DNA of 64,000 nt from Deltaproteobacteria bacterium (GTDB lineage: Bacteria > Myxococcota > Myxococcia > SLRQ01), in assembly GCA_007130885.1 (NCBI GenBank), contig SLRQ01000050.1, positions 38,661-102,660 of the forward strand, written 5' to 3'. Each line of letters begins with the position of its first letter. The first letter of the stretch is position 1. The notes below the pieces were generated by a model. That model had not been told where the DNA came from, did not search any database, and saw only the letters and a program-made list of their open reading frames with translations. Below, piece by piece: positions 27,807 to 37,963 of the stretch. The translations under genes and the position numbers were made by a program.

Positions 27807-29966
27807 ATGGCTACACCAGAATCCAGCTCATCGTTGCGAGGGGCCAAACAGTTGCCGGTGTTGCGGCGTGGGCTGGCGGCAGGTGGTATCGCCGCCTTGC
27901 TTTCGATGTTTCTCTGGTGGTCGGGAGCGCTCACCTCATTTGAATATCGAACTTGGGACTGGCGAGCCCGTTTGTTGGCTGCGTCTCCGGATTCCGAAGA
28001 GGTGGTCTTGATCCTGATTGACGAGCACAGCATCGAATGGATGCTGGAAACAAATGGGCTTTCTTGGCCTTGGCCGCGTGAAACATATGCTCTCATGGCC
28101 AACTTCTTTGAGCGAGCAGGCGCCAAGGCGCTCGCTTTTGATTTGATATTCGCCGACCCTTCCACAGCGGGCGTCCATGACGACCGGGCTTTTGCTGAAG
28201 CGATTGATGGCCACGGTGATGTTGTCTTGGCTGCCTTCCTGGGAAGTGGGGGCAGCCTCAATTCCTGGCCCGGCGCGACGGATGACTCATTTGCATCCTA
28301 TCATGGAGAGGCGAACGCGAACGAGCTGGAAATGCTTGCGGTTGCACACGTCGGAGCGTTATTCCCGGTCAGTGAGTTGATGAGTCGATGCCGCCTAATC
28401 GGCAACGTGAACATCCTCCCGGATTTGGATGGTGTATACCGAAGAGGAAATCTCATCGCGACCTTCGACGGTCGTATTGTTCCAACACTGGGAGTCGCTG
28501 CCTTTCTGGTGGGAGCAGGTGGAGACGTGGCGATCCGTGCTTCAAACGGGCACTTGATGTTTGATGATCTCAAAGTGCCGCTTGATGGCAAGGGACGGAT
28601 GCTGATGCGTTACCCCGATCTTGGCGATCTCTCTATCTACAACGCTGCCGAGATAATCCAGAGTGAGCTTCTGTTGCTTGCGGGACGGGAGCCTCTTGTC
28701 AAGCCGGAGGTGTTCAGTGAAGCGCACGTCCTAGTTGGTGCCTCGGCGGCGGGACTATACGATCTCAGGCCTACGCCCGTTCACGCCCGTGCCGCCGGAG
28801 TGATGGTTCACGCGGCTATGCTGGACAACCTCCTGAACAATCGAATGATGCGCGAGCTTTCGGCCTTCAGCTTTGTCGTGCTGCTTCTGTTTCTGGCGGT
28901 TCCGGCAGCCCTGATGGCTTCTTTTGTTACAAGCCCTTATCGGCTGGCTTTGCCTTATCTACTGTTTCTTCCACTGCCTGCGGCAGCATCTATCGGGGGC
29001 TATCTCGCGGGCTTTTGGGTGCCACTCGTACCGGCTTTTGTCGGAACCTCGCTCGGTCTGGTATCGGCGAGCATACTCGGGTACGCGGTAGAGGGCCGAC
29101 AAAAGCGCTTCATCAAGCAAGCGTTCGAGCAATACTTGAGCCCAATGGTGATAGGTGAGCTGATAGAGTCGCCGGATAAGCTTCGATTGGGAGGCGAGCG
29201 ACGCGAACTCACGATATTCTTTTCGGATTTGGCGGGGTTCACTCGTATTTCCGAGGGGCTTTCGCCGGAAGAACTGACGGGGTTGTTGAATGATTACCTG
29301 TCAGTGATGACGGATATAATCTTGGATGAGGGGGGTACCGTCGATAAATACGAGGGGGACGCCATAATCGCTTTCTGGAATGCTCCTTTGTCACAGAAGG
29401 ATCATGCCGTGCGAGCGGTAAGGGCCGCGCTACGTTGTCAGGCCGCTTTGGCAAGGCTCAGACCTGATTTCAGACGGCAAGTCGGCCATGAGCTTTTCAT
29501 GCGTATAGGGTTGAACAGCGGACCCGCGGTGGTGGGCAACATGGGGAGCCACAAGCGATTTGATTACACAATGATAGGGGACTCCGTGAATCTTGCGGCC
29601 AGACTGGAAGCCGCAAATAAAGAGCTTGGAACATATACGATACTATCCAAAAATACCGCCGATCTCCTTGAAGACCGTTTGCATATAAGGGAAGTGGGCC
29701 GTATAGCCGTAATCGGACGCGCGAGCTCGGTCAGGGTATACGAGCCCTTGGAGCCGAACGACTTCGAAAAGCGAAAAAGAGATCTTGAAGTGTTCAGGTC
29801 CGGGCTGCTCGCATTCTATGATGGTAGGTTGGCGGAAGCCACGGAAGCTTTTTCCGAGATTGCCGGGGAAGATACCGTTGCGGAGATGTATCTCCGGCGT
29901 CTCGAGGAATGGCCGTGCTCTTCTCCCGAGGAGTGGAGCGGAGTGCTGACCATGACATCCAAGTAG
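27807..29966 (+). CDS. CHASE2 sensor domain-containing class III adenylate/guanylate cyclase
   Basis: N-terminal periplasmic CHASE2-like domain and TM bundle, then the cyclase core (LTIFFSDLAGFTRISEGL...KYEGDAIIAFWNAP...GLNSGPAVVGNMGS...YTMIGDSVNLAARLE). Confidence 0.85.
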   Translation: MATPESSSSLRGAKQLPVLRRGLAAGGIAALLSMFLWWSGALTSFEYRTWDWRARLLAASPDSEEVVLILIDEHSIEWMLETNGLSWPWPRETYALMANFFERAGAKALAFDLIFADPSTAGVHDDRAFAEAIDGHGDVVLAAFLGSGGSLNSWPGATDDSFASYHGEANANELEMLAVAHVGALFPVSELMSRCRLIGNVNILPDLDGVYRRGNLIATFDGRIVPTLGVAAFLVGAGGDVAIRASNGHLMFDDLKVPLDGKGRMLMRYPDLGDLSIYNAAEIIQSELLLLAGREPLVKPEVFSEAHVLVGASAAGLYDLRPTPVHARAAGVMVHAAMLDNLLNNRMMRELSAFSFVVLLLFLAVPAALMASFVTSPYRLALPYLLFLPLPAAASIGGYLAGFWVPLVPAFVGTSLGLVSASILGYAVEGRQKRFIKQAFEQYLSPMVIGELIESPDKLRLGGERRELTIFFSDLAGFTRISEGLSPEELTGLLNDYLSVMTDIILDEGGTVDKYEGDAIIAFWNAPLSQKDHAVRAVRAALRCQAALARLRPDFRRQVGHELFMRIGLNSGPAVVGNMGSHKRFDYTMIGDSVNLAARLEAANKELGTYTILSKNTADLLEDRLHIREVGRIAVIGRASSVRVYEPLEPNDFEKRKRDLEVFRSGLLAFYDGRLAEATEAFSEIAGEDTVAEMYLRRLEEWPCSSPEEWSGVLTMTSK

Positions 29967-30030
29967 GCGTGTTGCCGGCTGATATCGGCGATGTTACCTT
30001 GATGCGGTCTGATTACTTCGAGGAGAGGGA

Positions 30031-30447
30031 ATGAAATCGTATAGAGAAGAAATGTGGATGAACATCCCGGCCCGGATGGACTTCGAGAACATCACTGACA
30101 GGGTACAAAGGGCCGTGGACAAGAGCGGCGTCAAGGAAGGGCTGGTGCTCGTAAATCCCATGCACATCACGGCGAGCGTGTTCATCAACGATGACGAATC
30201 CGGTCTGCATCACGACTACAAGGTGTGGCTGGAGAAGCTGGCGCCGCATGAGCCGGTCTCGAGCTACCGGCACAATGTCGCCGAGGACAATGCCGACGCC
30301 CACATGAAGCGCCAAGTAATGGGGCGAGAGGTCGTCGTGGCCATCACCAACGGCGAATTGGACCTTGGAACTTGGGAACGGATCTTCTACGGAGAGTTCG
30401 ACGGAAGAAGGAAAAAGAGGGTTCTCATCAAAGTCATCGGCGAATGA
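30031..30447 (+). CDS. YjbQ/UPF0047 family protein (secondary thiamine-phosphate synthase-like)
   Basis: 138 aa, [36 protein letters not shown]...[35 protein letters not shown]. Confidence 0.75.
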   Translation: MKSYREEMWMNIPARMDFENITDRVQRAVDKSGVKEGLVLVNPMHITASVFINDDESGLHHDYKVWLEKLAPHEPVSSYRHNVAEDNADAHMKRQVMGREVVVAITNGELDLGTWERIFYGEFDGRRKKRVLIKVIGE

Positions 30448-30627
30448 TGATGTTTCCCTCGCCTTGCGGCGACGGTCGTGTTCGTCTGTGGAGGGTGTCG
30501 CCTGGCGAAAGTCAGGGACCAGCCGGTCCGGTGCTGGCTTTCGTCAGAACGACTTGCGGGCGTTTAGCGACACCCCCTGTGGATATTTTGGCGATCGGGT
30601 GCCTGTTGAGGCATGCTGGCTGGTGTC

Positions 30628-32382
30628 ATGAATAGGTCTGACTTTCGCTCTGTGCTCGTTATCTGTTTTTTTCTTGCAGGTTGCTCGTGTGGTGAGCAGG
30701 AGAACTTCGAGGAGTTCGAGTGTCCCCCTACCCATGAGCTCATGGACGGAGAGTGCGTGTGTCTTCCTCCCGAAAAACCTTGCAGGCTGGACTGCGATCC
30801 TCTCGATGACTCTTGTGACCGAGGTTACATCGATCCCGTGGACTGCTCTTGTAAAGCACCAGGGCCTAACTATTTGGAGCGCCTGGAGGTGACCCCGAGT
30901 TTCGTTGCTCTTCAGCGTGGAGAGTCTAAGCAGTTGGCCGCCACCGGCTCGTTCAGTGACGGGCAGGAAGTCGACGTGACCTTATCGGTTGTTTGGAGCA
31001 GCAAGAAGCCGAGCATTGCAAGCGTAACAGAAGGCTGTGGCACGGTTACCGGGCTCCAGGGAGGGGCAGCCGTCATAGTCGCGTCCAGCGGTGACGTTTG
31101 GGGAGAGGCGGAGGTCGCCGTTTGTGACTGCCCCCCCTGCAGTTACTGCGACTTCGAAACCGGCGACTGCGCTCCCGGCTGCCTAGGGGATGAGGACTGC
31201 CCCGCCGGCCTCGTCTGTGGAGACGAAGGTGCTTGTGTCGAGGACGGGCTTGGGGAGCTGCGAGGCCTTTGGGTGACTCGCTGGGATTTCGCCGGCCCCT
31301 CCGACATAGAGGATATCTTCGAAAACGCGGATCGCGCGGGGTTCAACGCGGTGTTTCTGCAGGTGCGCGGCCGCGCGGATGCATACTATGCTTCATCCCA
31401 TGAGCCGTGGGCCGGGATTGGCGGCTCCGCCTTTGGAGAGCATCCAGGCTGGGATCCCTTGGAGCTGGCGATAGAGGAGGGCGCTCACAGGGGACTCGAT
31501 GTGCACGCGTGGATTAATACTTTGCCTGCTTGGAGCGGCGGCACGCCTCCCCCCGAAAGCGAGATTCGCCACAAGGTCCTTACTAACCCGGAGTGGCTAA
31601 TGGTCGATCGAGATGGCCGGCGTCAGCAGATTGGTGACGCCGGTTACATCGCCTTTTCTCCGGGGATCCCGGAGGTAGTGGACCACATTGTCGCGGTGGC
31701 GGCGGACATAGTGGATCACTACCCCGTACATGGCTTGCATCTCGATTACATCCGGTATCTAGGCGGCGAGTTCAGTCATGATCCCGTCAGCAATGAGCGC
31801 TACGAGGCTGCTCTATCCGAGAACCCGTCCTTGTCACGGGCGGACTGGCAGCGCGAGCGGATCAATGAAGTTGTCGAGCGAGTGCACGAGGTGGTTTCCG
31901 AGCACCCGGGAGTGATGCTGACGGCCGCGAGCTGGCATAACAACAATCTTACGGACAAGGAAGGCGTGCCTGGTACCAGCGGCTACCGTGACTACTACCA
32001 GGACGCACACGCCTGGTTGCGGCAACGCACAATCGATGCGCTGATCCCCATGAACTACTTCCGGCTGGACTCGAACCCTAGTTTTTCGGCGATGGCCGAT
32101 GACCACTTGGCGGCGTCCGAGGATGCGGGACGCCACTTGTACATGGGCATCAACGTAATGGGACGGGCTCCCGGCGGCTGGCACGACGAGGAGGATCCTA
32201 CCGGGGCGAGCATGCTGGAGAACATCGCGTACAGCCGAGAGGTTGGAGCGCAGGGCGTGGTCCTGTTCGCCTATGATTTTCTGCTACAGCATGATCTTTG
32301 GGATTTGGTGGCGACGGAGGCCTTCCAGTCCCCCCAGCCGGATGTTCCGGTAATGCCCTGGAAAGCCTGTCCGCCTGACTGA
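30628..32382 (+). CDS. Lipoprotein with Big_2-like domain and glycoside-hydrolase-like (GHL10/DUF4015-type TIM barrel) domain
   Basis: Lipobox FFLAGCSC. LRGLWVTRWDFAGP...GFNAVFLQVRGRADAYYAS...HAWINTLPAW pattern. Start at MNRSD (30628) or 30613. Confidence 0.55.
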   Translation: MNRSDFRSVLVICFFLAGCSCGEQENFEEFECPPTHELMDGECVCLPPEKPCRLDCDPLDDSCDRGYIDPVDCSCKAPGPNYLERLEVTPSFVALQRGESKQLAATGSFSDGQEVDVTLSVVWSSKKPSIASVTEGCGTVTGLQGGAAVIVASSGDVWGEAEVAVCDCPPCSYCDFETGDCAPGCLGDEDCPAGLVCGDEGACVEDGLGELRGLWVTRWDFAGPSDIEDIFENADRAGFNAVFLQVRGRADAYYASSHEPWAGIGGSAFGEHPGWDPLELAIEEGAHRGLDVHAWINTLPAWSGGTPPPESEIRHKVLTNPEWLMVDRDGRRQQIGDAGYIAFSPGIPEVVDHIVAVAADIVDHYPVHGLHLDYIRYLGGEFSHDPVSNERYEAALSENPSLSRADWQRERINEVVERVHEVVSEHPGVMLTAASWHNNNLTDKEGVPGTSGYRDYYQDAHAWLRQRTIDALIPMNYFRLDSNPSFSAMADDHLAASEDAGRHLYMGINVMGRAPGGWHDEEDPTGASMLENIAYSREVGAQGVVLFAYDFLLQHDLWDLVATEAFQSPQPDVPVMPWKACPPD

Positions 32383-32497
32383 GTCCGCGGTATTCACGGG
32401 GTGGAGTAAGCGCCGGAACCACGGTCATCTCAACGGCCTTGTGACGGCGCACCGTGAATAAGGAGGGATGAACTCTTTACTGCTGTCGCTCCGGCGG

Positions 32498-33046
32498 CTA
32501 GGCGGTTTTCGTCAGGCCGAGCGAGTCCAGTTTTCCGACCGACTCATCAAGCTGCTCTCCGACTCGACTGAGAGACGCTAGACATTCATCTCTGTGATTG
32601 TCGGTTGCCGCCGACCAAGCCCGGTGTAAGAGACGTTCCCCGGTTGCGTACGCGGACATTACCTCGGCGTAATCACGTGATCCCAAGTGAAGGAGAAGGC
32701 TGGGAGCGGCATCCGCGATGGGTTGCAGATAGTCCTTGCTGATCTCGCCGATCCTGTCCCTGATCTCATCCAGAGGCAGATCGGCTGCGTTCTCGGAGAG
32801 CTCGGCCACCGGAGCCGGCAGCTTCGCCAAGGTTTCAAGGGCCTCTCCAGCCGTGCCACCGGGCCCTGTGCCCGTTTCTCCAGAAGCCGATGAGCGCCTG
32901 GACAAACGCAGCATGGCCGCTCCCGCCGCCAGTATCAGAAGGCCCGTGCCGGCGATCCAGGGGCAGGCCGTGGGGAGATGAGCACCGCCAAGTGCTCCGA
33001 CTATGGTTCCGATTACGAGAAATGCAATAGCGGCGGTTCGCAGCAT
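32498..33046 (-). CDS. Hypothetical membrane protein (2 N-terminal TM)
   Basis: 182 aa; MLRTAAIAFLVIGTIVGALGG...GLLILAAGAAMLRL. Confidence 0.4.
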   Translation of the reverse strand: MLRTAAIAFLVIGTIVGALGGAHLPTACPWIAGTGLLILAAGAAMLRLSRRSSASGETGTGPGGTAGEALETLAKLPAPVAELSENAADLPLDEIRDRIGEISKDYLQPIADAAPSLLLHLGSRDYAEVMSAYATGERLLHRAWSAATDNHRDECLASLSRVGEQLDESVGKLDSLGLTKTA

Positions 33047-33055
33047 GAAAGCCTC

Positions 33056-34837
33056 CTACAGCGCCGTTTCGAACAGCTTGTAAATCGAGAACACGACCCC
33101 GGCGAGCGCGCCCCCGACCAGCAGGCCGGCGGCTATTGGTATACCGGTCTCTCTGTTCCAGGTTTTACCCACGGCTTTCTCGGTGCAAATCGAAATCACG
33201 CACCCTAGACCGTAGGGCAGTATGAAGGCCATCGGCAGGTACATCGACAGTCCCACCAGCACGCCAAGTCCCCCTCCTGTTCCAAGGGTAAGTATTGCTC
33301 CAACCAGAGCTCCCACCGCGTACTTGTCCACTGGTACCGCCCCACCTCGTACGGCTTCGATCATTGCTTGCAGAGTCGCGGCCTGCGGGGCGGGAATATC
33401 CGGGTTTTCAGGGCCGAACTTTACCGTCTGCCATATGAGGTAGACAGTCAGAACGCTGATGGCGGGCCCTATCCAAGCCAGAGCCAGTTGCATGGTTTGC
33501 TGTTTCACCGGCCGAGAACCGACCAGATGACCTGTACGAAGATCGGCCATCATGTCCGCGCCTTGAGCGATGGCCACGCAAACGGCCGCACCTATCAGAA
33601 CTGCTAGGCCCACGCTCCCACCGCTCACTATCAACACCACGGTCACGGCCAGCAGAGCCAGCCCCGATACGGGGCTCCAGTCTGTCATACCGGCGCATTG
33701 AGCCACTATCACTCCGGCAAGCCACATCCAGAGCACACCGATGATTGCGGTAAGTAGCGCGCGGGGCAGTCCTATGTCCGGGTCGCCGAAAAACGCCGCA
33801 GCGCAGACGACGACGACGGCCAGGCTCACTCCGGTATACATCCAATTCACCGAGAGTTCGTCTCGACCTCCGGTTCCCACACCACCGGCCTTGAGGGATC
33901 TGAAGGCGGCGAAGATCATGGGGGCGGCCAGGATCACGCCGGCGAGCGCTCCGCCTATCAAGAGCCCGATCCCAAGTGGGCGGATGATTTGAGAGAATAT
34001 GTTCGCGGCCAGCCAGCCTTCCACGACCGCTCTGCTGGTCATGCCGTCCGGCACCGGCAAATCGGCGGGAGCCTCGATCCAGCCGAGCCCGACCACCATT
34101 GGTGCGATAACCCAGTGAGCAAGGACTCCACCGGCGAGCACCACCAGTCCTATTCGTCCGGTGATGAAGCCGGCACCCACCGAAAGAAGCATGAGCGCCC
34201 ATACGAAGGGCATGTATGCGGGTAGGCCGAGCGGGGTGCCGAGATCGACTGTTTTTGGAATTACGCCGAAATCGGTGAGCAGGCTGAAGCCGAGCGCTAC
34301 GAGCGTTGCCACACCGAGCAAGGCTGATTTGCGCATGCCGGCGCCGGGGGACCGAAGAATCTCGGCTACCGCCATCCCGGAAGGAAATCGCAGGCGCTCC
34401 AGCTCGATCATCTGCTTTCGCAGGGGAATGATGAAAAGCGCTCCCAGCGCCGCGCCCGCCATTGCCGCGGCGCCTATGGCCCAGGGATTGAAGGTTACCC
34501 CCTCCATTAGGAACAGTGCGGGGAAGGTGAAGATGACCCCTGCCGCGGTGTTGTTTATGGCGGACGCCACGGTCTGGTTGATGTTGTTCTCGACCACCGA
34601 GCCTTTTCGCAATACGCCCCGCAGCAACCCCCAGCCGAGGATCGCCGCGATGGCCGAGGCCGGCACCACGAACCCGATGACCAGTCCCGCGTACGTCATG
34701 GCGGCCGTGAGCAGGACGCCGACCGCGATGCCCAAAATCATGGCGGCAACGGTTACTTCCCGGTAAGGGGGTAGTCCTGCTTCGTCGGGCATGTGTTTTG
34801 ACGGGACGAGATTCGGCGCCGGCCGTGGCTGAGTCAT
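33056..34837 (-). CDS. OPT-family oligopeptide transporter
   Basis: 593 aa polytopic membrane protein with OPT-like sequence pattern. The overlapping 491-aa Arg-rich ORF in another frame is a shadow. Confidence 0.75.
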   Translation of the reverse strand: MTQPRPAPNLVPSKHMPDEAGLPPYREVTVAAMILGIAVGVLLTAAMTYAGLVIGFVVPASAIAAILGWGLLRGVLRKGSVVENNINQTVASAINNTAAGVIFTFPALFLMEGVTFNPWAIGAAAMAGAALGALFIIPLRKQMIELERLRFPSGMAVAEILRSPGAGMRKSALLGVATLVALGFSLLTDFGVIPKTVDLGTPLGLPAYMPFVWALMLLSVGAGFITGRIGLVVLAGGVLAHWVIAPMVVGLGWIEAPADLPVPDGMTSRAVVEGWLAANIFSQIIRPLGIGLLIGGALAGVILAAPMIFAAFRSLKAGGVGTGGRDELSVNWMYTGVSLAVVVVCAAAFFGDPDIGLPRALLTAIIGVLWMWLAGVIVAQCAGMTDWSPVSGLALLAVTVVLIVSGGSVGLAVLIGAAVCVAIAQGADMMADLRTGHLVGSRPVKQQTMQLALAWIGPAISVLTVYLIWQTVKFGPENPDIPAPQAATLQAMIEAVRGGAVPVDKYAVGALVGAILTLGTGGGLGVLVGLSMYLPMAFILPYGLGCVISICTEKAVGKTWNRETGIPIAAGLLVGGALAGVVFSIYKLFETAL

Positions 34838-35035
34838 TTAGCCCTCCAAGTCGTCGCTTGTTTCCACGAAATACTAAAAACACCGCCCTCCAGCGAAAGC
34901 CGGTTCCATGGGCCCGCCTTTGGTCGGGGGTCTGCCTATCAGACCATCGGTGGGGTTGAAAAGGGTCTTGCGTGTTGGCTGCTCGAGTCGAAAAGTTGGT
35001 TCAACACCCCGGGCAAGGTTCGAGCGAGGCTCTTT

Positions 35036-37963
35036 ATGACCATCTCGAGCACCGTGGCAGGCCCGTTGCTCATTGCGCCACGTATTCAGCGGTACGAATG
35101 GGGCGATCCCTTATTCTTGCCGAGAATATTCGGCCTCCCAGAGGGACCTTGCGCCGAGGCCTGGTTCGGCGCGCATCCGATTGCACCGGCGACGGCTCTC
35201 GTAGGAGGTGCTTGGGGGAGACTCGACCATGTGATCGCCGAGCGTGGCGATGAGATCCTAGGTCCGCGCATACGGAAGCGCTTCGGCGGTCTACCCTATC
35301 TCCTCAAGCTGCTGTCCGCGGCGAGCCCACTTTCGATTCAAGTTCACGCTACCAAATCGCAGGCGGAGGAAGGGTTTGCCCGCGAGCAAGAGGCCGCAAT
35401 TCCTCTGTGGCACCCCACCCGGTGCTACAGGGACCGAAATCACAAGCCCGAGCTGCTGGTGGCGCTCACCCCTTTTCATGCTTTGGTGGGCCTTCGCAGG
35501 CACGACGAGATCAGGCGGGTGCTGACCGGTTTGCCCGAGATGAGCCGGCTGTTGCCTCACTGTGTTCCCAGCCCCGCCGGTATTCGGCGTCTGCTTGCCT
35601 CCTACTTCGCTCTTCCGAAGCCCGTGCTTCAGTCGGCGCTGGGGGCGCTGCTCGACCGGCTTTCCGTGGAGGATTCCCGGTCGCCTTTTCAAACGACCGA
35701 CCCTGCCTACTGGGCTCTTCAGGCACATCGGTTTCCATGCGCCGCGAAAGAACCGGATCCGGGCCTGCTCTTCATCTTTTTGATGGAGCTGGTTCGACTG
35801 GAGCCGGGACAGGCCGTCTTTCTACCTCCCGGGGTCCTTCACGCCTATCTGCGAGGCACCGGAGTCGAGCTGATGGCAAACTCCGATAATGTCCTGCGGG
35901 CCGGTTTGACCGGCAAGCACGTGGATCCCAAGGAGCTCTTGCGGGTCGCGAGCCTTGACCACGGGCTGGGGGGGCTCGTGGGGTCGGAAGAGGGGTGCCC
36001 GGGTGTTGAGACCATCTACAGGGTTCCCGCGGTGGAGATTGGTCTCCGGCGAATGAGGCTGGAGCCCGGCAGGCGAATCGAGTGCATGGCAAGAGGCCCG
36101 GAGACGTTGCTTGCGCTTTCGGACAGCCCGAAAACGGTCGCCAGGGTCGGCTTCGGGGGCAAAAGCCTGGATTTGGGAGCTGGACAAGCCTGCCTCGTGC
36201 CGGACGGATTGCGCTACGCCCTGGAGGTTGACGGCGAGGGAGACATCTTCCGCGCGGGAGTGGCTGAAGACGAATACGTCAAAAGCAACCGGGTCTCGCG
36301 GGGTGTCTCTGTGGTCTCGACCGGCGGGCGCGGCGGCTTCGCGGGTGCGGTCGTGGCCAACATTGATGCGACGGAACGGTTTCTCATCGAGGGCTCCGCG
36401 GCCGCGGTCATTGGAGCCGTATCCGGAACCTCGCATTCAAGGATCTTCTGGGAGCGACACCTCGAGCAGGCCAGGCGGGCACTTGGGGCTCGTGAAGCAA
36501 TCTCGTTTCACGAAGACCTTCCTGTCAACCAGGCGCTAGGCTTGTTGCTGATGTGGCGTCGGCTGCGGCCACGTCTGCGCTCCGGTGAGGGCGCGCTCGT
36601 TGCGTTCGTGTTCGGAGAGGGCAGCAGGGCGGCTCCCTTCACCGAGGCGGAGAGCGGCCAGAAGCCGGCCATACGATCGTTCGTGGCCAGTGGATCAGGC
36701 AGAGAAAAGCGGCTCCTACCCATGGTGGAGCTTGCCATGCGGTACTTTGCGCCAATTGAGGGTTACTTGCGTAGGTCCGGTTTCGACGGAGTCGTTGTGA
36801 AGTGGGGGGATGAGGTGCAGATCCCCACGTTCGATCTGACCGGCACGGATTCGCGTTTCGCCGGCGCCGATATAGTTCGCTTCGTGTCGATGCGTGAAGT
36901 AACGCCGGATGAGGCACTGAACAAGGACTGGATTGGTGTCGACCAGCAAGGAATGGTTACGGCCTTCATCCCTCGCCGGCCTATTCAGGCCATGGAGGCT
37001 CTTGCTGACCGAGGCATCCTTCAGCGTCGAGGCGGTCGCCTGCATGGAGGTGTCAACCTTGGATCCATAGCCGTTTCCCGGGTGTTCTTGGACGCCCTGC
37101 TGGAGGAGTTCGATGATGAGATAGACCATCCGTTTGCAAAAAGAGAAGAGCGGCCGGATCTCGATCCCCAGATATTTTCCGCCTTGACGGTCGCCATGTT
37201 GGACGACCGGGCCGAGCGCGAGCACGAATGGACGAGGCTAATCGAGGAAAGCGACGCTATACGCAAGCTGGACGAGATCATGCCGCGAGTGGTCGAGCGA
37301 CTTCGAGGAGTGCTCGATCGTTTTCGAATGATCCACGGTCGAAAGGTCCGCATTGTCGCGATGGACTTCAATGATCAGTACTGGGGCGACATCGGGCAGC
37401 ACCGCAAAATGTTCGAGTTCTACATGGCGCTGGCTTCTCATGGAGAAGACGGCCAGATCGCACGCGCGCTGGCGGGGGTGACCTCAAGACGTGACTCTCG
37501 AGGCAACATCATCGCTGGAGATACGGTGTTGGGCGAAGGTGTCGAGGCGCGCAACTCCGTGCTCATCGATGCTCGGATAGGCGCCGGGCAAATCATCGAC
37601 TCAGTGCTCATCGGCACTCGCTGCGCGTCGCTTCATGCGCGTCAGGCTTTCGACATACGAAGCACGGCCCTCACGATGTGTCTTGCTCCTCGGGGCGGGA
37701 CGTACGGCGTGATAGCGGGCCAGCATGTCGAGGCCGGACCGGGCGAGCGGCTGGCAAGCGTGTTCTTGCCCGATCGTGAGCTGCTGCTTCGTGTGCACGA
37801 GGAGACGGACTTGCAGGACCGCCGCGCGAACTATGACGTCCCAATACTCGGGAATCCTGTTTCTTTCAGGGAGTTGCACGCCGTTGTCGCCGCGGCGGAT
37901 CCTCCGCTAGTGGAAGCCCGGCGCCTAAAGAGGCTAATGGAAGTGGAAAGGCTCTTGGATTAG
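35036..37963 (+). CDS. Fusion protein: type I mannose-6-phosphate isomerase (N-terminal) + fucokinase-family sugar-1-phosphate nucleotidyltransferase-like domain with left-handed beta-helix (C-terminal)
   Basis: N-terminal QRYEWGDP...AWFGAHP and HAYLRGTGVELMANSDNVLRAGLTGKHVD (PMI type I). C-terminal GEGSRAAPFTEAESGQKPAI...VVKWGDEVQIP and hexapeptide-like repeats IAGDTVLGEGVEARNSVLIDARIGAGQIIDSVLIG. Confidence 0.65.
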   Translation: MTISSTVAGPLLIAPRIQRYEWGDPLFLPRIFGLPEGPCAEAWFGAHPIAPATALVGGAWGRLDHVIAERGDEILGPRIRKRFGGLPYLLKLLSAASPLSIQVHATKSQAEEGFAREQEAAIPLWHPTRCYRDRNHKPELLVALTPFHALVGLRRHDEIRRVLTGLPEMSRLLPHCVPSPAGIRRLLASYFALPKPVLQSALGALLDRLSVEDSRSPFQTTDPAYWALQAHRFPCAAKEPDPGLLFIFLMELVRLEPGQAVFLPPGVLHAYLRGTGVELMANSDNVLRAGLTGKHVDPKELLRVASLDHGLGGLVGSEEGCPGVETIYRVPAVEIGLRRMRLEPGRRIECMARGPETLLALSDSPKTVARVGFGGKSLDLGAGQACLVPDGLRYALEVDGEGDIFRAGVAEDEYVKSNRVSRGVSVVSTGGRGGFAGAVVANIDATERFLIEGSAAAVIGAVSGTSHSRIFWERHLEQARRALGAREAISFHEDLPVNQALGLLLMWRRLRPRLRSGEGALVAFVFGEGSRAAPFTEAESGQKPAIRSFVASGSGREKRLLPMVELAMRYFAPIEGYLRRSGFDGVVVKWGDEVQIPTFDLTGTDSRFAGADIVRFVSMREVTPDEALNKDWIGVDQQGMVTAFIPRRPIQAMEALADRGILQRRGGRLHGGVNLGSIAVSRVFLDALLEEFDDEIDHPFAKREERPDLDPQIFSALTVAMLDDRAEREHEWTRLIEESDAIRKLDEIMPRVVERLRGVLDRFRMIHGRKVRIVAMDFNDQYWGDIGQHRKMFEFYMALASHGEDGQIARALAGVTSRRDSRGNIIAGDTVLGEGVEARNSVLIDARIGAGQIIDSVLIGTRCASLHARQAFDIRSTALTMCLAPRGGTYGVIAGQHVEAGPGERLASVFLPDRELLLRVHEETDLQDRRANYDVPILGNPVSFRELHAVVAAADPPLVEARRLKRLMEVERLLD

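Noticed and set aside
33408-34883. 491-aa Arg-rich minus-strand ORF overlapping the OPT transporter
   Set aside because: Alternate-frame shadow of the OPT gene (33056..34837), which has coherent polytopic membrane composition.
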